From: Dimargaris cristalligena
Lineage: Eukaryota
NCBI GenBank assembly: GCA_003614675.1
Contig: ML002210.1
Location: 1-64,000 of the forward strand
DNA: 64,000 bases
Direction of reading: 5' to 3'
The position numbers were made by a program, and so were the translations under genes. This document shows, piece by piece, positions 10,952 through 23,914 of this stretch; position 1 is the first letter of the stretch; the number at the start of each line of letters is the position of its first letter. The notes beneath the pieces were generated by a model. It saw nothing but the letters and a program-made list of their open reading frames with translations. It was not told the DNA's origin and ran no database searches.

Positions 10952-12409
10952 ATGTCTCGGCCTCCCAACACTTCGAGCCTGTTTCGAAATATCTGTCAAA
11001 AGCCCGGGGACCAACCCACCATCGATTTCTCCAAGCGCATTCCCAGACGTACACAGGTTGCTACTTCCCCCGGATTGCCCAATGTCGAGCCTGCTAGTCC
11101 GCCCGCTGCCGAAAGCAGACCTGCGCCCCCGAGCCAACCCAGTATTAAGCGCTCGCCCTCTCCGGTGGGCTGGGGTGCTCCTACGGCCCCCGAATCCGTT
11201 TGGGATGTTCGCCTTCGGAACGCCATTGCCACCTCGTCCCATCCCACAGTCGTCAATCCGCGCAAAGCGAAACGCCAGCCGGCGTACGTTGCTAGTTCGC
11301 TGCAATCGTCCGTCGACGACGTTATTCTAAATACTGTACAAAACGGGGGTACGCACGTCCCCCAGCACAATCTAGCCTTTAACGACATCAAGCAGTTGTT
11401 TCTGCAACTATGGGACCCCTTCCCATCTATCAATATTTGCCACATCGTGCCCTACTACAAGGAAAAGTACGGGGCCCCCGTCGTCTTCCCCTACGCAAAA
11501 TTGGTAAGTTTTATTGGAGAGGCTTTAATACCCAGGCCCTTCTTCGCGTGGAAGCCAGGGTGCCGGCTTCTGGAAGGGAATCTTCCGAACTCACCCCCGG
11601 ACAGTGCACCACCTACGCCCATTTCATCGGCTATGGAAAGCTAGTCCGTAGAAAAAATTTTATTACAGTGTGCTAGACTTAACTTTTTTTTGTATTGAAT
11701 GCCCCGTGTATCGCCTCCGTGCTCACATTATCCCCCGCCCCTTTCTAACCGCAGGGACAAGCCCTAACGAACCTCTTCGGCAAATCCCTTTACGTGACAT
11801 CCATCGAATCCGCAAGTTACGTATTTCTCCTAAGCCGATTGGTAAAGCCCCCCCAAAGGCATCACCCGGGCCCCCATCGAATACCCACCCCCCGAAAACC
11901 TCGAACAACTCCGCCGGCGGGTCCTGACCCTAACCTGCCCCCCCTCTTTCAAAATGCCGGTTCTCAAGGAGATATACACCCGCGTTTACGGAAAAGTGGA
12001 GGATGTTTTGTTTTTGGAGGGGGAGATGTTTAGTTCAGTCGAGGACATTATCAACTATGCCCTGGATACCGCCACCAAACCCACGGAGAAATCGAAATTC
12101 GCATATGACGAGGCGTACTTCGAACCCCTCCTTCCCTCCGAAAAGCCACGGCCTCGCACCAAAGTAGAGGAACCCAACCCGGACCCGATTACCACCTCGG
12201 TGGACCTCACGGACCTAACGGACACGGACTGGTTAATTGCATTTGGGCTGGACCAGGAATTGGATCAGCAGTGTCCATTAGGAACCGAGACATCTTCCCC
12301 GCCCCCGGTACTATCCCCGCCGCATTCCGTTCCCCTCACGGACAACGAAGTACGTGCTGGAGTGATAGCCATTTACGAATTTATCCAAGCCCAAACCTCT
12401 CGATCTTAA
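10952..12409 (+). pseudogene. Hypothetical protein with two LOTUS/OST-HTH-like winged helices; +1 frameshift in a C7 run (pseudogene or sequence error)
   Basis: Exon 10952-11503 splices (GTAAGT..CTAAC..CAG) to 11755, giving IKQLFLQL..INICHIVPYYKEKYG..FPYAKL|GQALTNLF..YVFL. Removing one C at 11848-11854 joins it to ENLEQLRRRVL..FKMPVLKEIYTRVYG..FSSVEDII. The 3' end is uncertain. Confidence 0.5.
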
Positions 12410-13576
12410 GATCGCCGGATCGTGTGTCTCAAGCTAAAGTATTCATTTCCTAAAAAAAAACCCCCTCCGCCCTGTTCCAGGGATAATGGAAGGGTCAGAA
12501 AAGGGAGGGGGGTGGATGGTGCGGACAAACCACACTATCGTTTGAAGGGCGGGGGAATACCCACTTTGGTTCGGGAATGTCGCCGCAAGTAAGCCCGGGC
12601 CCCCTGGATGTAACCCCCCACAGGGCACCTGCCTTAACCCCCGGATGCACCAGGCGTGGGCCTGGTCACAGACTCTCAGCCTCTCCGGCAATGGGTCCTT
12701 GGAGGATGGAACTATAGTCCGTTCGCCTGGGTAGATGTGATACCTAGGGGCGGGGTTGTGTCTCTCCGAATCATCTTCGAATTGGGACACCGAGAGAACA
12801 GCGAAGTTATCCCATATGTACACTAGTATCCTGGCCCATCTGCCTTGGATTAACAACTGTATAACCCAGCTTGGTAATAAACGCGTTATATTCACCAGTA
12901 CATACTGGGATATGATTGCCTATATTTCATTTGTATAGGAAAATCCCGCCTACAGATTCGAGATTATAGTTACAGCTCGGTTTTGTAGGTCGACGATAAT
13001 CGGGTCCCGAAGGGGACATTTTTATAGTTCCTAAACATTCGACCATCCGGCTCGAAATGCACGGACGGATTCATTCAAGTCGCCTCATTTCTAGATTGCC
13101 TGCTGTATCGCAGTTGAAAGGCGTTCTACTCCCGCTTGGACTTATATAAAACGACCGACGGTTTATCCGATATTATTACACAGATAAGCTTTGGAAATGC
13201 ACTTATCCAAAGGATAGGAGCAGTAGCAATACAGTGCCAGGTACAAATGATGTTGCCGTGAATTGCGGTATGAATATGAATATAAAAAGCAATGAAATAA
13301 ATATAAAAAATAGGAAGGGGGCACTCATTCCCGGACATCAGCCTCCAGCTCTAGCCAGCCCTCCCTGAAAAACAATCGCAACATCTGACACGCCCCGCAC
13401 GTTCAGCAAATATCATCATAGGAAAGATATTGCGATATTTCATAACCCTCCTTTGTTGAAGTTAAACAAATGGGAAGTGGCTATGGAGGTGGGGGGGGGG
13501 GTGGTTTGACTTAGAGGATTGGAGGCGGCTTGGGAAAGTACGCCTCCCCCCCTAATGAATAGTAAGTTGTGGAATA

Positions 13577-14773
13577 TTAATTGGGCTGGTCAGGGGAGTC
13601 CAGCCGATTCTGCTCCATGATCTTAAGGAATACCAGCATTGTGTAATGGGCGTCGTTTCCTAAATGCGGGTAAAGGGTCAGAGTTTCATAAATTCAATAA
13701 ACAATCAAGGCCGAAACCATGCGTATACGAGTTAGAGTGGAAGGCTGCGTATCGTTGGGAATCAGGGACGCAGCCAAACTGGTCTAGAGAAAATACAAAG
13801 ACATATCGGGCAGCATTGACTTACCGGCATTATGAAGATGGGAATATTCAATGCCCAGTTCCTCGAGTAGAATAGCCAGGCGACGTCCGTTGCGGGGGTT
13901 CTTGGTGTGTGCGCAGTACAGAGCCTTGGTGTCGAGGCGGGGCACGGAATGGTGCAAATGCATATCCTCGGATTTCAAGAATTTGATGTCGCTTGCCACG
14001 TCGTGGCCTAGAAAGGCAATGGGATAGGCTTTGGTAACGGCCGCATGAAGTTCCATCAGACCTTCGTAACGGGGCATGACCTGGGATTTGCCGAAGTTGA
14101 AGCGGTGCTTATTATCGGCCACAAAGCGGCCGTTGTATAGTTTGATGGTCTCCTTGATAATAATATGGCGCGTGGTAATTTGGCGGGTTACGGGATCGTA
14201 CATGCACCAGCCCACTTCGGTGAGCTTGTTTTGGTCGTGTTCGTAGGCCTCAATGTCTAAACACAAGATGGTGTGCTTGCCGTCATCGACCATCTTAAGA
14301 GTGTTTTTCAAGAGGCTACGGTAACCAGCCAGCTGCTGCTCGCTAACCACAGGGGGGTTATCAGGGTTGGGCCGGGGCTTTTTCTGGCTCGAATTCTTAT
14401 CCTTGCCATCGCAGGCCTTGGCTGACCGGCCGGGGGCCTTCCCCGTAGAGTCGGTCTTGCGGTCCGCTTTGGAGGCAGGCGAATCGGGACCCTGGGTCTT
14501 GAGGATACGTTTGGTGGACGGTCGGTTGACCTTGGACGCGACCCGTTTCGAGTTGCCTGGACCAGGGGTAACGGCGGCTTTGTTAGGATTAGGTTGGCAT
14601 CCCATGGCGACTTTCGACTTTCTGGATCGACTAGCGGTTTGAGTGAACCAATGCAAAGGATCCCGAATGGCCAAGGGTAATGGAACAACGGGGGTCAAGG
14701 GGGTGAAAAGGGGATACAGGCGGAATAGACGGAGAGTGGAGGTTGATAGTAGAGGTAGTAAGGCACAGCGCAT
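13577..14773 (-). CDS. Gfd2/YDR514C-like (QIP-related) DEDDh exonuclease-fold protein, paralog A
   Basis: Exons 14773-13825 and 13659-13577. CLDIEAYE..LTEVGW, NGRFV..FNFGKS, LGHD..SDIKFL, DTKALY, LHNAG|NDAHYT. Start is 14773 or 14605. Confidence 0.85.
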
Positions 14774-15455
14774 AACTCCAGGACGGTAGACTGACTTCGT
14801 TGCGGGGCAATGCGCGGACTGAGGGACCCTCGCTTATTTATACATGGAAAATAAAAACAGATACAACCTATCTAAGTAAAAAGAGCTAATGTCAAACCCG
14901 CGGAATGGAAGATGGAGAACCCCGGGCAATGGGAGGGAGGAAGGCGCCTCCCACACCCTTCTTTGTATCAGGAAGAGAAAAAAAATAGAGGAGGACAAAT
15001 CAACCACACATATTGGTCGTCGTCAACTGGACGAGAGAGCTGAAGAGGGGGCGTGAAACGAAGCGCAGACGGAACAAACCAGTAGCTGGACCAGGGGGCC
15101 AATCCCTGATTATCGACCTTCCCCTATCCTTTATCAAAACCCTTCAACCTTCCTGCTACTAGCTCGACATCTCGCTGTCCAATGTTGAGCCTCTCGCCTT
15201 ACAAACAAAATACTTCAAGAATGCTACACTTTCCTTCAGTTTTGTAGGTCATCCAATTTATGTAAGTGTATTTTTTTAGGGGATTAATTCAAGAAAACAA
15301 TGGAAAAATGACTCCAAGGCGGGGGCGGGTCGCCATGGTCAGTGTGCTTTGGAAGCCGCTGTTTCAGAATAGGGACGGAATACTAGATGGCCGAGGCTAG
15401 AAGGAGGGGGGGGGGGACTTCGGGCCACTACTATTTGGGCGGTCCACCGTGGAGA

Positions 15456-16255
15456 CTATTCGATGCCGACCAACCGGAGGAATAACTTCATGGTATAATA
15501 GGCGTCGTTACCTATAGGAGGAACCCCAGTTATAAATCGAGGCAACAAAAATCATACATATATTATTAATTTGAGTGACAGTCTCTGGGTAGATTGATAA
15601 TGGCATCGCCTCAACCCATCACCTAGTACGCTGAAAAAACTGGGCGTTGTCCCGGACCGACCCTAGCCAGCCTGATCTTCCGCGCCCAGTCGGCACTTTA
15701 TACATATAATTGATCCTTACCAGCATTGTGAAGGATTCCTGATGGAATATCCATTTTATCTAGAACGATCCCGAGCTTCCGGCCATTCCGGACATTGTTG
15801 GTGTGCGCGCAGTAGAGCGTCTTGGTGTCGAATTGCAACACGGGCATATCCCGCAGGTCTACGCCACCCTCGGACAGGTATCGCAAATCACTGCCCAGAT
15901 CGTGGCCGACCAGGGTCTGCGGCTCAAGCTGCTGGACCGTATCCTGCAGGGCTTGGAGGATCTCGACGAGGGAGGCGGTTTTACTTTCGCCGAAACTGAA
16001 ATTATAGCGGCGGTCGGGGACATATTGGCCGTTGCACAAATGGGTGTTCTCCGATACAATGTAGTGGGTGACTTGCGGCTCTTTCCCCCCCGCTTCGTAG
16101 AAACACCAGCCAATTTCAGTGAGTCGGCCATTATTCCGCTCGTACGCTTCAATGTCGATGCATAGAGCGGAGAACTGGGGGTGTTCCGCAAGCTGGCGGG
16201 CGGAGGCCAGGTTGTTTTTGTACTGGTCCAGAGCGTTGGGCTGCGCACGTGGCAT
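15456..16255 (-). CDS. Gfd2/YDR514C-like (QIP-related) DEDDh exonuclease-fold protein, paralog B
   Basis: Exons 16255-15721 and 15511-15456. CIDIEAYE..LTEIGW, NGQYV..FSFGES, VGHD..SDLRYL, DTKTLY, LHNAG|NDAYYT. Confidence 0.85.
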
Positions 16256-16663
16256 TGGAGAGAGCGGTCGAGACTAGATAGGACGAAGGCCCGGAAATGG
16301 GGAGGGTAGAGAGCCGGTATAGAAAGGGGACAATGATAATACTATATACGCACAAGAGCGATGATGATATGGCAAGAAGTGAGAAGTGAGGAGCAAAGGG
16401 GAACTTCCCCGTTTGGGTGGAGCGGGTGCTGCGATAGATATATAGGAAGCAGGAAGTGGGAAGAGCAGCCCCACGCATGTAGAACTGAAAACGCTGTGTT
16501 GGAATCTCCGACCTCGGAACGCCATTCCCCTTTCCCTTTGCCCTCCTCCCATCCCTTCCTTTTTCCTCATCCTCATTTGACTTGTTTCCATCGCCCGTGG
16601 CGTCTCCACTGTTTATTTCCAGGCTTCTCTTTGTAGCTCAGCCCCCTCCCATCCGTTTTCACC

Positions 16664-18064
16664 ATGAGTCAATACACCACCATCCCCAGTGGCCGGGACA
16701 CTCCCAATTTCACGCATGGTCTCGCCATCGAGACCGATGACACCGCTACTTCCAACTACCCCCCCGTCAGCGGCCGCATGAACACGGCCACGCGAGGTAC
16801 CACTGATAACCATACCGTTAACACCGCCCATTTGGCCCCCGCCAACGAAAACAGCGTGCCCATCTACGGAAACACCCTGGATGAGCCCGTCTGGACGACT
16901 ATCGTAAGTGACTGGGGCTGAAGCCCAAACTCGCCGTTCTTCCGTTCACCTGGTCCATGGTCCCCCCAATTTAGGTTAGGGACATTGTAAAAACCACTTC
17001 TACCCTCAGCGACCCTGGGGTGAAATCCCACTCAAGGGGGGGTTTTTTGCCAAGGCCGGCCTCCCCGCTTTCGGCCCAAGGGGGTTAGTCCGTAGAGGGC
17101 TGTACTGTACATATTTAAACCCCTAACTGTTATCAACGAACCTTATCTCCATGTATACATCTACTTTAATTACCATCAGATGCGGGACTTAAGCAATGTC
17201 TGGTTTAAATTATCTCAAGTCCTATTGCCGCGCCAGCGGGAGAATTCACTACGAGACTGGGATCTATGGGGCCCGTTGCTGCTATGTCTGAGTCTAGCAA
17301 TGTAAGTTCTGCCACCTTTGCCTGCCCAGTCCATTCCCGCAGCCCTTTACCTGGTTGGAATAATCTAGTTTTGGGTATCTAACGCGCCGATCAGGAAGTC
17401 AGTTACAGTTTCGCTTTCCCTTTTCCACCCACCCATATGTCGGCCGTTTCCTATTCCCCTTCACTGTTTACTAATTATGTTGGACTCTCCCCCCTCTTAC
17501 TTTATCCCGGATGCAACTCCAGTATTATGAGCTTACAGGCCCCAAATCAGCAGTCCGCTGCCGTCTTTACGGGCGTCTTCGTGATCGTCTGGGCCGGTGC
17601 TGCCATCGTTACCCTCAACTCTAAGCTGCTTGGTGGCCGAATGTAAGCTACTCCTTGGCATTGCCCCACTACGCCTATTAAATACCACCTGACTATTCCC
17701 CCCCCGCTCCACCTGCCTTACCGATTACTAACTGCTCATCACGTATGTACACCCTGTTCTCGTTTCAACAACAATGCCCCGTTTTTCCTTCCACTATCCC
17801 GGATGAACTAAACGCAGCTCCTTCTTCCAAAGCGTGTGTGTCCTCGGCTATTGTATCTTTCCGCTCAACGTTGCGGGTTTAATCACCCTGTTTGTACGCT
17901 TCCTGTTGGTGCGTGTCATTGTGGTGGTCATTGCCATCGCCTGGGCCACCTATGCGTCCGTTGGGTTTCTGGCCGATGCCCACTTACCCAACCGCCGTGT
18001 CCTGGCCCTGTATCCCATCTATCTATTCTTCTTTGTCATTGGCTGGATTATTTTAATCTCCTGA
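16664..18064 (+). CDS. YIP4: Yip1-domain Golgi membrane protein (Yip4/YIPF6), 4 exons
   Basis: Exons approximately 16664-16903, 17180-17301, 17523-17642 and 17818-18064. TLDEPVWTTIMRDL, LRDWDLWGPL, VTLNSKLLGG, FFQSVCVLGYCIFPL, LALYPIYLF. Confidence 0.88.
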
Positions 18065-18493
18065 GCACTTGGTCCTTGGGTGGAAAGCCGCTCACTATCG
18101 GCCGTGACCAACTTGGTTTTCGCAAGGTGCGTATCTATCCCCTTATCCCGGCCCTATATTGCAATATCTTCATCGTGGCTTCCATTCTCTCCTCGGATTT
18201 AGGTAGACAAAATACCTCACTTTTTTTAAAAAAAATATATATGCTTTAAAATACAATAACTACGAATATAGAAGAAACGGCAATAGATGAATCCTGAGTA
18301 AATGAATTGCGCTCGAGTATGTGAAATATGATTTGAGCGGGAGACAAGCCTTGGCAGCAACACTGGGGTATATATCCCCCATTTCATAGGGCGTACAAAT
18401 GACCTATTTTATAGAGCAGCGTAAGGCGGTGAGATGAAGCGGGCAACACGCTAGGAGATGTATGGCAAGAGTGATCATACCGAGTCCCGTTTT

Positions 18494-18889
18494 CTAGTGA
18501 TGCTCGGTCCGCGTCTTGAATAGTCGAAGGCTGGTCCAAAAGGACTGAACTCGGCCCATGGCCAAAGACACGGTTCGACGGGTGTATTCGATTAAAGGGG
18601 TTAAGGGTGAAGTGTGGTGGTGTGGGTAGAGACGAGTGGATCGGGACTTGAGGTGACGACGGTTATGACCCAGATAGAGATGGACATGGCGCTCGCTACG
18701 GATAATATGCAGGCGGTTCCGGCTGGTTCCTTTCAGATGCGCCCCCGATCGCCGGGCGAAGGTCGGCGGTTGACGGACCTGGGCTGGTGAGAAGGGGTGG
18801 GACGGTGTATCATGGGCCGGGGGCAAGGGCACAACAGCCTGGGCGCAAGTGGCCAGGCCGATAACCAAAAGACATGATTCAATTTTCAT
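18494..18889 (-). CDS. Hypothetical small basic secreted protein
   Basis: ORF from MKIESCLLVIGLATCAQA (signal-peptide-like, AQA cleavage site); Arg/His-rich; no recognised family. Confidence 0.5.
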   Translation of the reverse strand: MKIESCLLVIGLATCAQAVVPLPPAHDTPSHPFSPAQVRQPPTFARRSGAHLKGTSRNRLHIIRSERHVHLYLGHNRRHLKSRSTRLYPHHHTSPLTPLIEYTRRTVSLAMGRVQSFWTSLRLFKTRTEHH

Positions 18890-19935
18890 GGTAATCACAA
18901 CTATAATCAGTTAAAAGCGGGAGATAAAGTGGCGGGAGAGCAAAAATGTTGATATGTACTGCACAGGCGACGGATGAATAATAAAAAAGGTTTAGCGCCG
19001 AGAAAACTATACAATTTATTGAATAATCTAGAGGCGAGGAGCTGCGTTTTATAGAAGATACGGGGAAGAGGGTGCCAGAGAATTCACTATAATATTCATG
19101 GGATGATAATTGCAGTTACAGATATGCCCCGCTCGCTATTAAAAAGGGCAATTGTGGATAAGGGCCCATTTTCGAACGACTCAATATATGTGTGGAGTAC
19201 AAGGCTGGTCGCGTTCAGCTCTACCCCTACCATAAGGTCCCCTTTGATATTTCCAATACAATTAGAGGGGTACAATCGTAAGATTATCCGCCCGAACCGG
19301 GGCAGGATAGAACAGCCACGCTGATTTATGCCGGAAATAGATATGCCCCTCGATTGGACTATCGAAGGACCGTTCGTAAAGATTAACGACTCCCCTCCTT
19401 TAATCTTGCATCCCCCCCCCCCTGTATACATATAATCGTTTCGCTAATGAGCAAAGCTGATTGGCCGGTAATGAAGAAGAGCATCCAGGGCAATAAAGAG
19501 TGCACCGCGCTTAGGGCGAGTAGGCATTCATTGTCTCGCACCAATTAGGGCGATTCCGCCGCTAGCTTCGATGGAATACTATCAAAGACATTGAGCTGGG
19601 CTGTGGTGGATATAGAGGAGGAGGGTGAAGATAAGAGAGAGAGAGCATCGATTCAGCGTGGTCATATTCCGGCTCGTACAGTCATTTTTATTAGGGGAAT
19701 ATACAAGAATCGTGGGATATTAGCTCTTTGGTCAAAATACAGCCCCTAGATGGCTTGCCATTCTTTAAATCTCAACCGATTCCGCATTTTCCAGAAATAG
19801 TGAAGTTTAATCGTACAATAATTAACAAGACCTGGCTTCCTTAAGCAGGAAATATCGGTAGACTGGTCAATATAATGCAAACACTCCGCTAACACGCTCA
19901 AATGCGCAATGCCAACTCCACGCCGACAGCCGATG

Positions 19936-21720
19936 CTAGGCGGAGGGGCGGTCGGCCATATTACGAATATACTGCCGTGTCAGTTGGTCGGCCATGCGAA
20001 TGGGCTCTGGAATCCGGAATTTACAGCACTCTCTGACGAGGGTCACTGCGGTGGGAAGGGAGACGCGGTGACCCGTGGATATATAGATGGGTTTAGTCGT
20101 TCCTGGGGTGCAAACCGCCTAGGACGTATAATGGATACAGGCCCACCGCATATAAGGGACCATAGAAGCGACATCCACAGAATCATAAAAGTGGACAGGA
20201 CTAGAGGGATTTTAGGTTAGTATACTATGGGCCCAAGGGACAATCTTAAAGATAGTGAGAATATGGCATTTCTTACACCCCGATAACAATAGAGAAAACA
20301 CTAAACCAACCCCCGCATTATTGAAGTGCCTGGGGTATGTAGAAGTCTGTCACTACTGACCCCGATGCAAAGTCGAGTTTTCCGATTAGCCAAAGTTGGA
20401 GACAGTAGCCAAGATTCAGTTAAAGTGCGGGCCATCCATTACATTCGCCCCCATCCACTAACGACGGGGCCTCAAGAGCCAGAGAATAGGTTAGTAGGTA
20501 GAACAGTAGGTGAGTACTTACCGCACCCCAGGTTCGCCCCGATTGACCAACTAGGGCCAGTTCGTCACCCCCACCATCTAATATTTGTTGCATGCGCTCC
20601 CGCACCCGCGCTACGGTCAGGTCCTTCTCAGCATCGATTTGCAGGAAATTTTTCGCCACACCAATGGTGGGCAAGTTGGTGACAACCCCCAAGTGGCAGG
20701 CCAGCCCAAAGCCCCGGGGGTGTAGCACCCCATTGCCGTCAACCAGCACTATTTGGGGACACAACTCGGGGGCTTGCTCACGTAGCTCTCGAACCATGCC
20801 TTGCAGAATGGGGACTTCGCGGAAAGCCAAGTAGCCGGGAATGTAGGGGAGGTCGAAGCGACACTCCTTAAATTTTGCATACACGACCTAGGAGGTGGAG
20901 TAGGTGGTTCGAGGGCCGGATACCGTTGGGTTAAGTCCCAAATATTCATAGCCAGGTGCTAATCAATGGGGTCAGCAGGGACGGCGCACATGGCCTTGGG
21001 TAGGATTCACTACTATTCATGGCAGGAATATACCGGATATTGAGGAGGTTGGGCGACAAGGCCGGTGGATATACACCCAATGCCAAATAGGCGGCCACTT
21101 ACATTCATGCTGGGAAATTCTAGAACCACCAGGCCGGCTACTGCGGTACCGAAGCCCTCGCCGGTGAAACTTATATCGACCCCACCAACTAAGCGGAGCT
21201 CGGGAAAGTGGAAGGTTGGGGACGGGCCTTCCCCACTACCATGCACTTGAAAAGTCCGCAGGTCGTCGTTGGTCACCAGTTGGTTCCGCAAGTGAAGCTG
21301 CTGTCTATGAGTGGTGGATAGTTGGGGTGGACTGTAGGGCATGAGTCGCTTAGGGCGGTACAGTGCATCCATTATTTATCCAGTGGTTTTGGGGCGAAAA
21401 GCTGACCAATCTCCCCCATGCGGTGTTTTTTGACCCATATTTGGAGGTCCGACTTGGGCGTTGACAGTCCAGGTGGGGGGCACTTGACTGGGCTCGACCG
21501 CTCCCAGGGTCCAGGCCGGTTATTATTGTTTCCATTGACCATTATATGGTTTTAGGGGGGCGCCTGGGCCAAGTATAGTGAGCACACCAACTAGAGAGGG
21601 CTCTTTAAGCGACACTTACTCTTGAAACGCTTGAAGTAGGTGCTGATGGGCCCCGTGGTCCAAAGTGCCGGCTTCGGAGGTTTCCGGCGGTGGTGTAGAG
21701 TTGGGTCCAGTGGAAGACAT
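19936..21720 (-). CDS. ENDOV: Endonuclease V, 4 exons (~283 aa)
   Basis: Exons 21720-21620, 21304-21103, 20887-20522 and 20118-19936 join in phase. VGGVDISF, PYIPGYLAFRE, LVDGNGVLHPRGFGLACHLG, PTIGVAK, PIYISTGH, RIPEPIRMAD. Confidence 0.93.
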
Positions 21721-23038
21721 GGGGCGAAAACAGGGAGATTAGTTGATTGTGGGGGGAGCTGGTTGACGGGAAAGCCCATTCCCAACGGAGGAGGGGGGTG
21801 TCTAGATTGACGAGCAAAGAATTAGTGGTGGGAGGAGGGCTGCAAATGGTAAAGGGCGAAATTCAATCTGGCGGGGGACTGGGGCGTCCGCATATAGGGC
21901 AGTGCTGAGATATATACGCCAGTAGCCGAGGCGTATGGATTCATCATAGGTAGTTTAACTGACTGGGCGGTGCTGCTGCCCTTTTTCCCTTTGGCTACGG
22001 ATATTAATTTTCGAACAAGCCACTACTACTCACTCGCCAGTGACCTGGACTGGATGCGCGGGATCCTTCCATTGGCTGTTTTCTGATTTAGGGGGGCGGA
22101 GTAGTATCGGACATTTGATGTCTAAATTGGCGACGGACTATATTACACCCGATGCACGACTTGATCCGGGGTGCATCGATATGTGGCTGGCTAGCACGTA
22201 ATTTCGGCTATTTAGCGCGAAATCACTTGGGGCGTTCGGAAAATAGCCGGTGCACTGGAATGTTTTGAAATTATCGCGGGTTTTAACCGGAAGAATGCGG
22301 TGGTTGTGGTCGTGGTCGTGGTTGGAATGGAAGGAGCTTGTCCACAGCCATCCTTCGATACTCCCCCAGTTAGGTACGCACGAGCAAGAGACCTTTTCCG
22401 ATTCGAGCGTACCACCAACCCTGCCTGATGTAAACAATGTCTATCGATGTACAGGGCAAGGGGGGAGGTATCACGTGGCCTAGTTGAGCGGCTGGTTTGC
22501 CTTGAGAACGGAGGGACTACTTGCTATTGAGTTAAAAGGGTTGAGTGGGCGCTTCATTATTAAACGTGAGGAAGGAAGAAAGGGGGGATGGTGAGTTTAT
22601 AGGTGGGCTGGTTGTTTGGGGGGCTGGATGCGAATGGGGGAGAGAGAGGGCGACCCCCCCACCCAACATCAGTGGTGGTACATTTTTTAAATAGGGCAGG
22701 TTCCCATTGGCATACACTGAAGGGGGCTCTCTATATGCTTATATTATTATTGTTCACCCGCACAGCTGCTAGAATGAACGAGAGAGAGAAAGGATCGCAC
22801 TATATGCTATATGCTATATAGTATAGTATAGTATATATGCTTTGGCCACTGTTTTTTTTTCGTTGGGTTTTTCCTCGCTGCCTAGGTAGCCCCAGCCTTT
22901 AAATGCTATATATCACTGCCCCGCACTCCAGCCCTTTCTTTCTTTACCTCGACTTAGTCCCTGCTTGTTCTTCGCCATTGTTATTACTCTTTGCATTTCT
23001 TCTCATCAATCAACCAACTTTTATTCATTCACAATCTG

Positions 23039-23253
23039 GTAAGTTCTTTGTTGATCTCTCTCTATACTATACCATCGTTTACGGCGTTGTTTGTTTAACC
23101 GGCTTCCACTTCCACTTCCACTACACACCCACCTTTTGCCCTGGTATCCTTTCATTCGGCTCACCTTTGTTTCTCTCTCCCTCTCCCTCTCCCTCTCTAT
23201 TTTACCCCTTCGCCCCCCGGACCATCTCCTCTCTTTCTCACCTCCCCCATCAG
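23039..23253 (+). other. Probable 5'UTR intron of Ran
   Basis: GTAAGT at 23039, long pyrimidine tract, CAG 13 nt before the ATG. Confidence 0.6.
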
Positions 23254-23266
23254 ATTCAAATTCAAC

Positions 23267-23914
23267 ATGGCCACTGCTACCGTTCCCGAATTCAAGCTCG
23301 TCCTCGTCGGTGATGGCGGTACCGGTAAGACTACCTTCGTCAAGCGTCACCGCAGCGGTGAGTTCGAGAAGAAGTACATCGCCACTGTCGGTGTCCAGGT
23401 CCACCCCATCACCTTCCAGACCACCCACGGTGTCATCTGCTTCAACACCTGGGATACCGCCGGTCAGGAGAAGTTCGGTGGTCTCCGTGACGGCTACTAT
23501 ATCCAGGGCCAGTGCGCCATCATCATGTTCGATGTCACCTCCCGCATCACCTATAAGAGCGTCCCCAACTGGCACCGTGATCTGACCCGTGTTTGCGAAA
23601 ACATCCCCATCGTGCTGTGCGGTAACAAGGTTGATGTCAAGGAGCGCAAGGTCAAGGCCAAGACCATCACCTTCCACCGTAAGAAGAACCTCCAGTACTA
23701 CGACATTTCCGCCAAGAGCAACTTCAACTTCGAGAAGCCCTTCCTCTGGCTCGCCCGCAAGCTGGTCGGTGATGCCAACCTCCAGTTCACCGCCGCCCCC
23801 GCTCTGCAGCCCCCCTCCGCCGAGATCGATCCCGCTCTCATGCAGCAGTACCAGCAGGAGCTCGACCAGGCCGCTGCCCAGCCCCTGCCCGATGATGATG
23901 ACGATGATATGTAA
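23267..23914 (+). CDS. GSP1: Ran GTPase
   Basis: [36 protein letters not shown] and acidic DDDDDM tail; strong codon bias; intronless CDS. Confidence 0.97.
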   Translation: MATATVPEFKLVLVGDGGTGKTTFVKRHRSGEFEKKYIATVGVQVHPITFQTTHGVICFNTWDTAGQEKFGGLRDGYYIQGQCAIIMFDVTSRITYKSVPNWHRDLTRVCENIPIVLCGNKVDVKERKVKAKTITFHRKKNLQYYDISAKSNFNFEKPFLWLARKLVGDANLQFTAAPALQPPSAEIDPALMQQYQQELDQAAAQPLPDDDDDDM

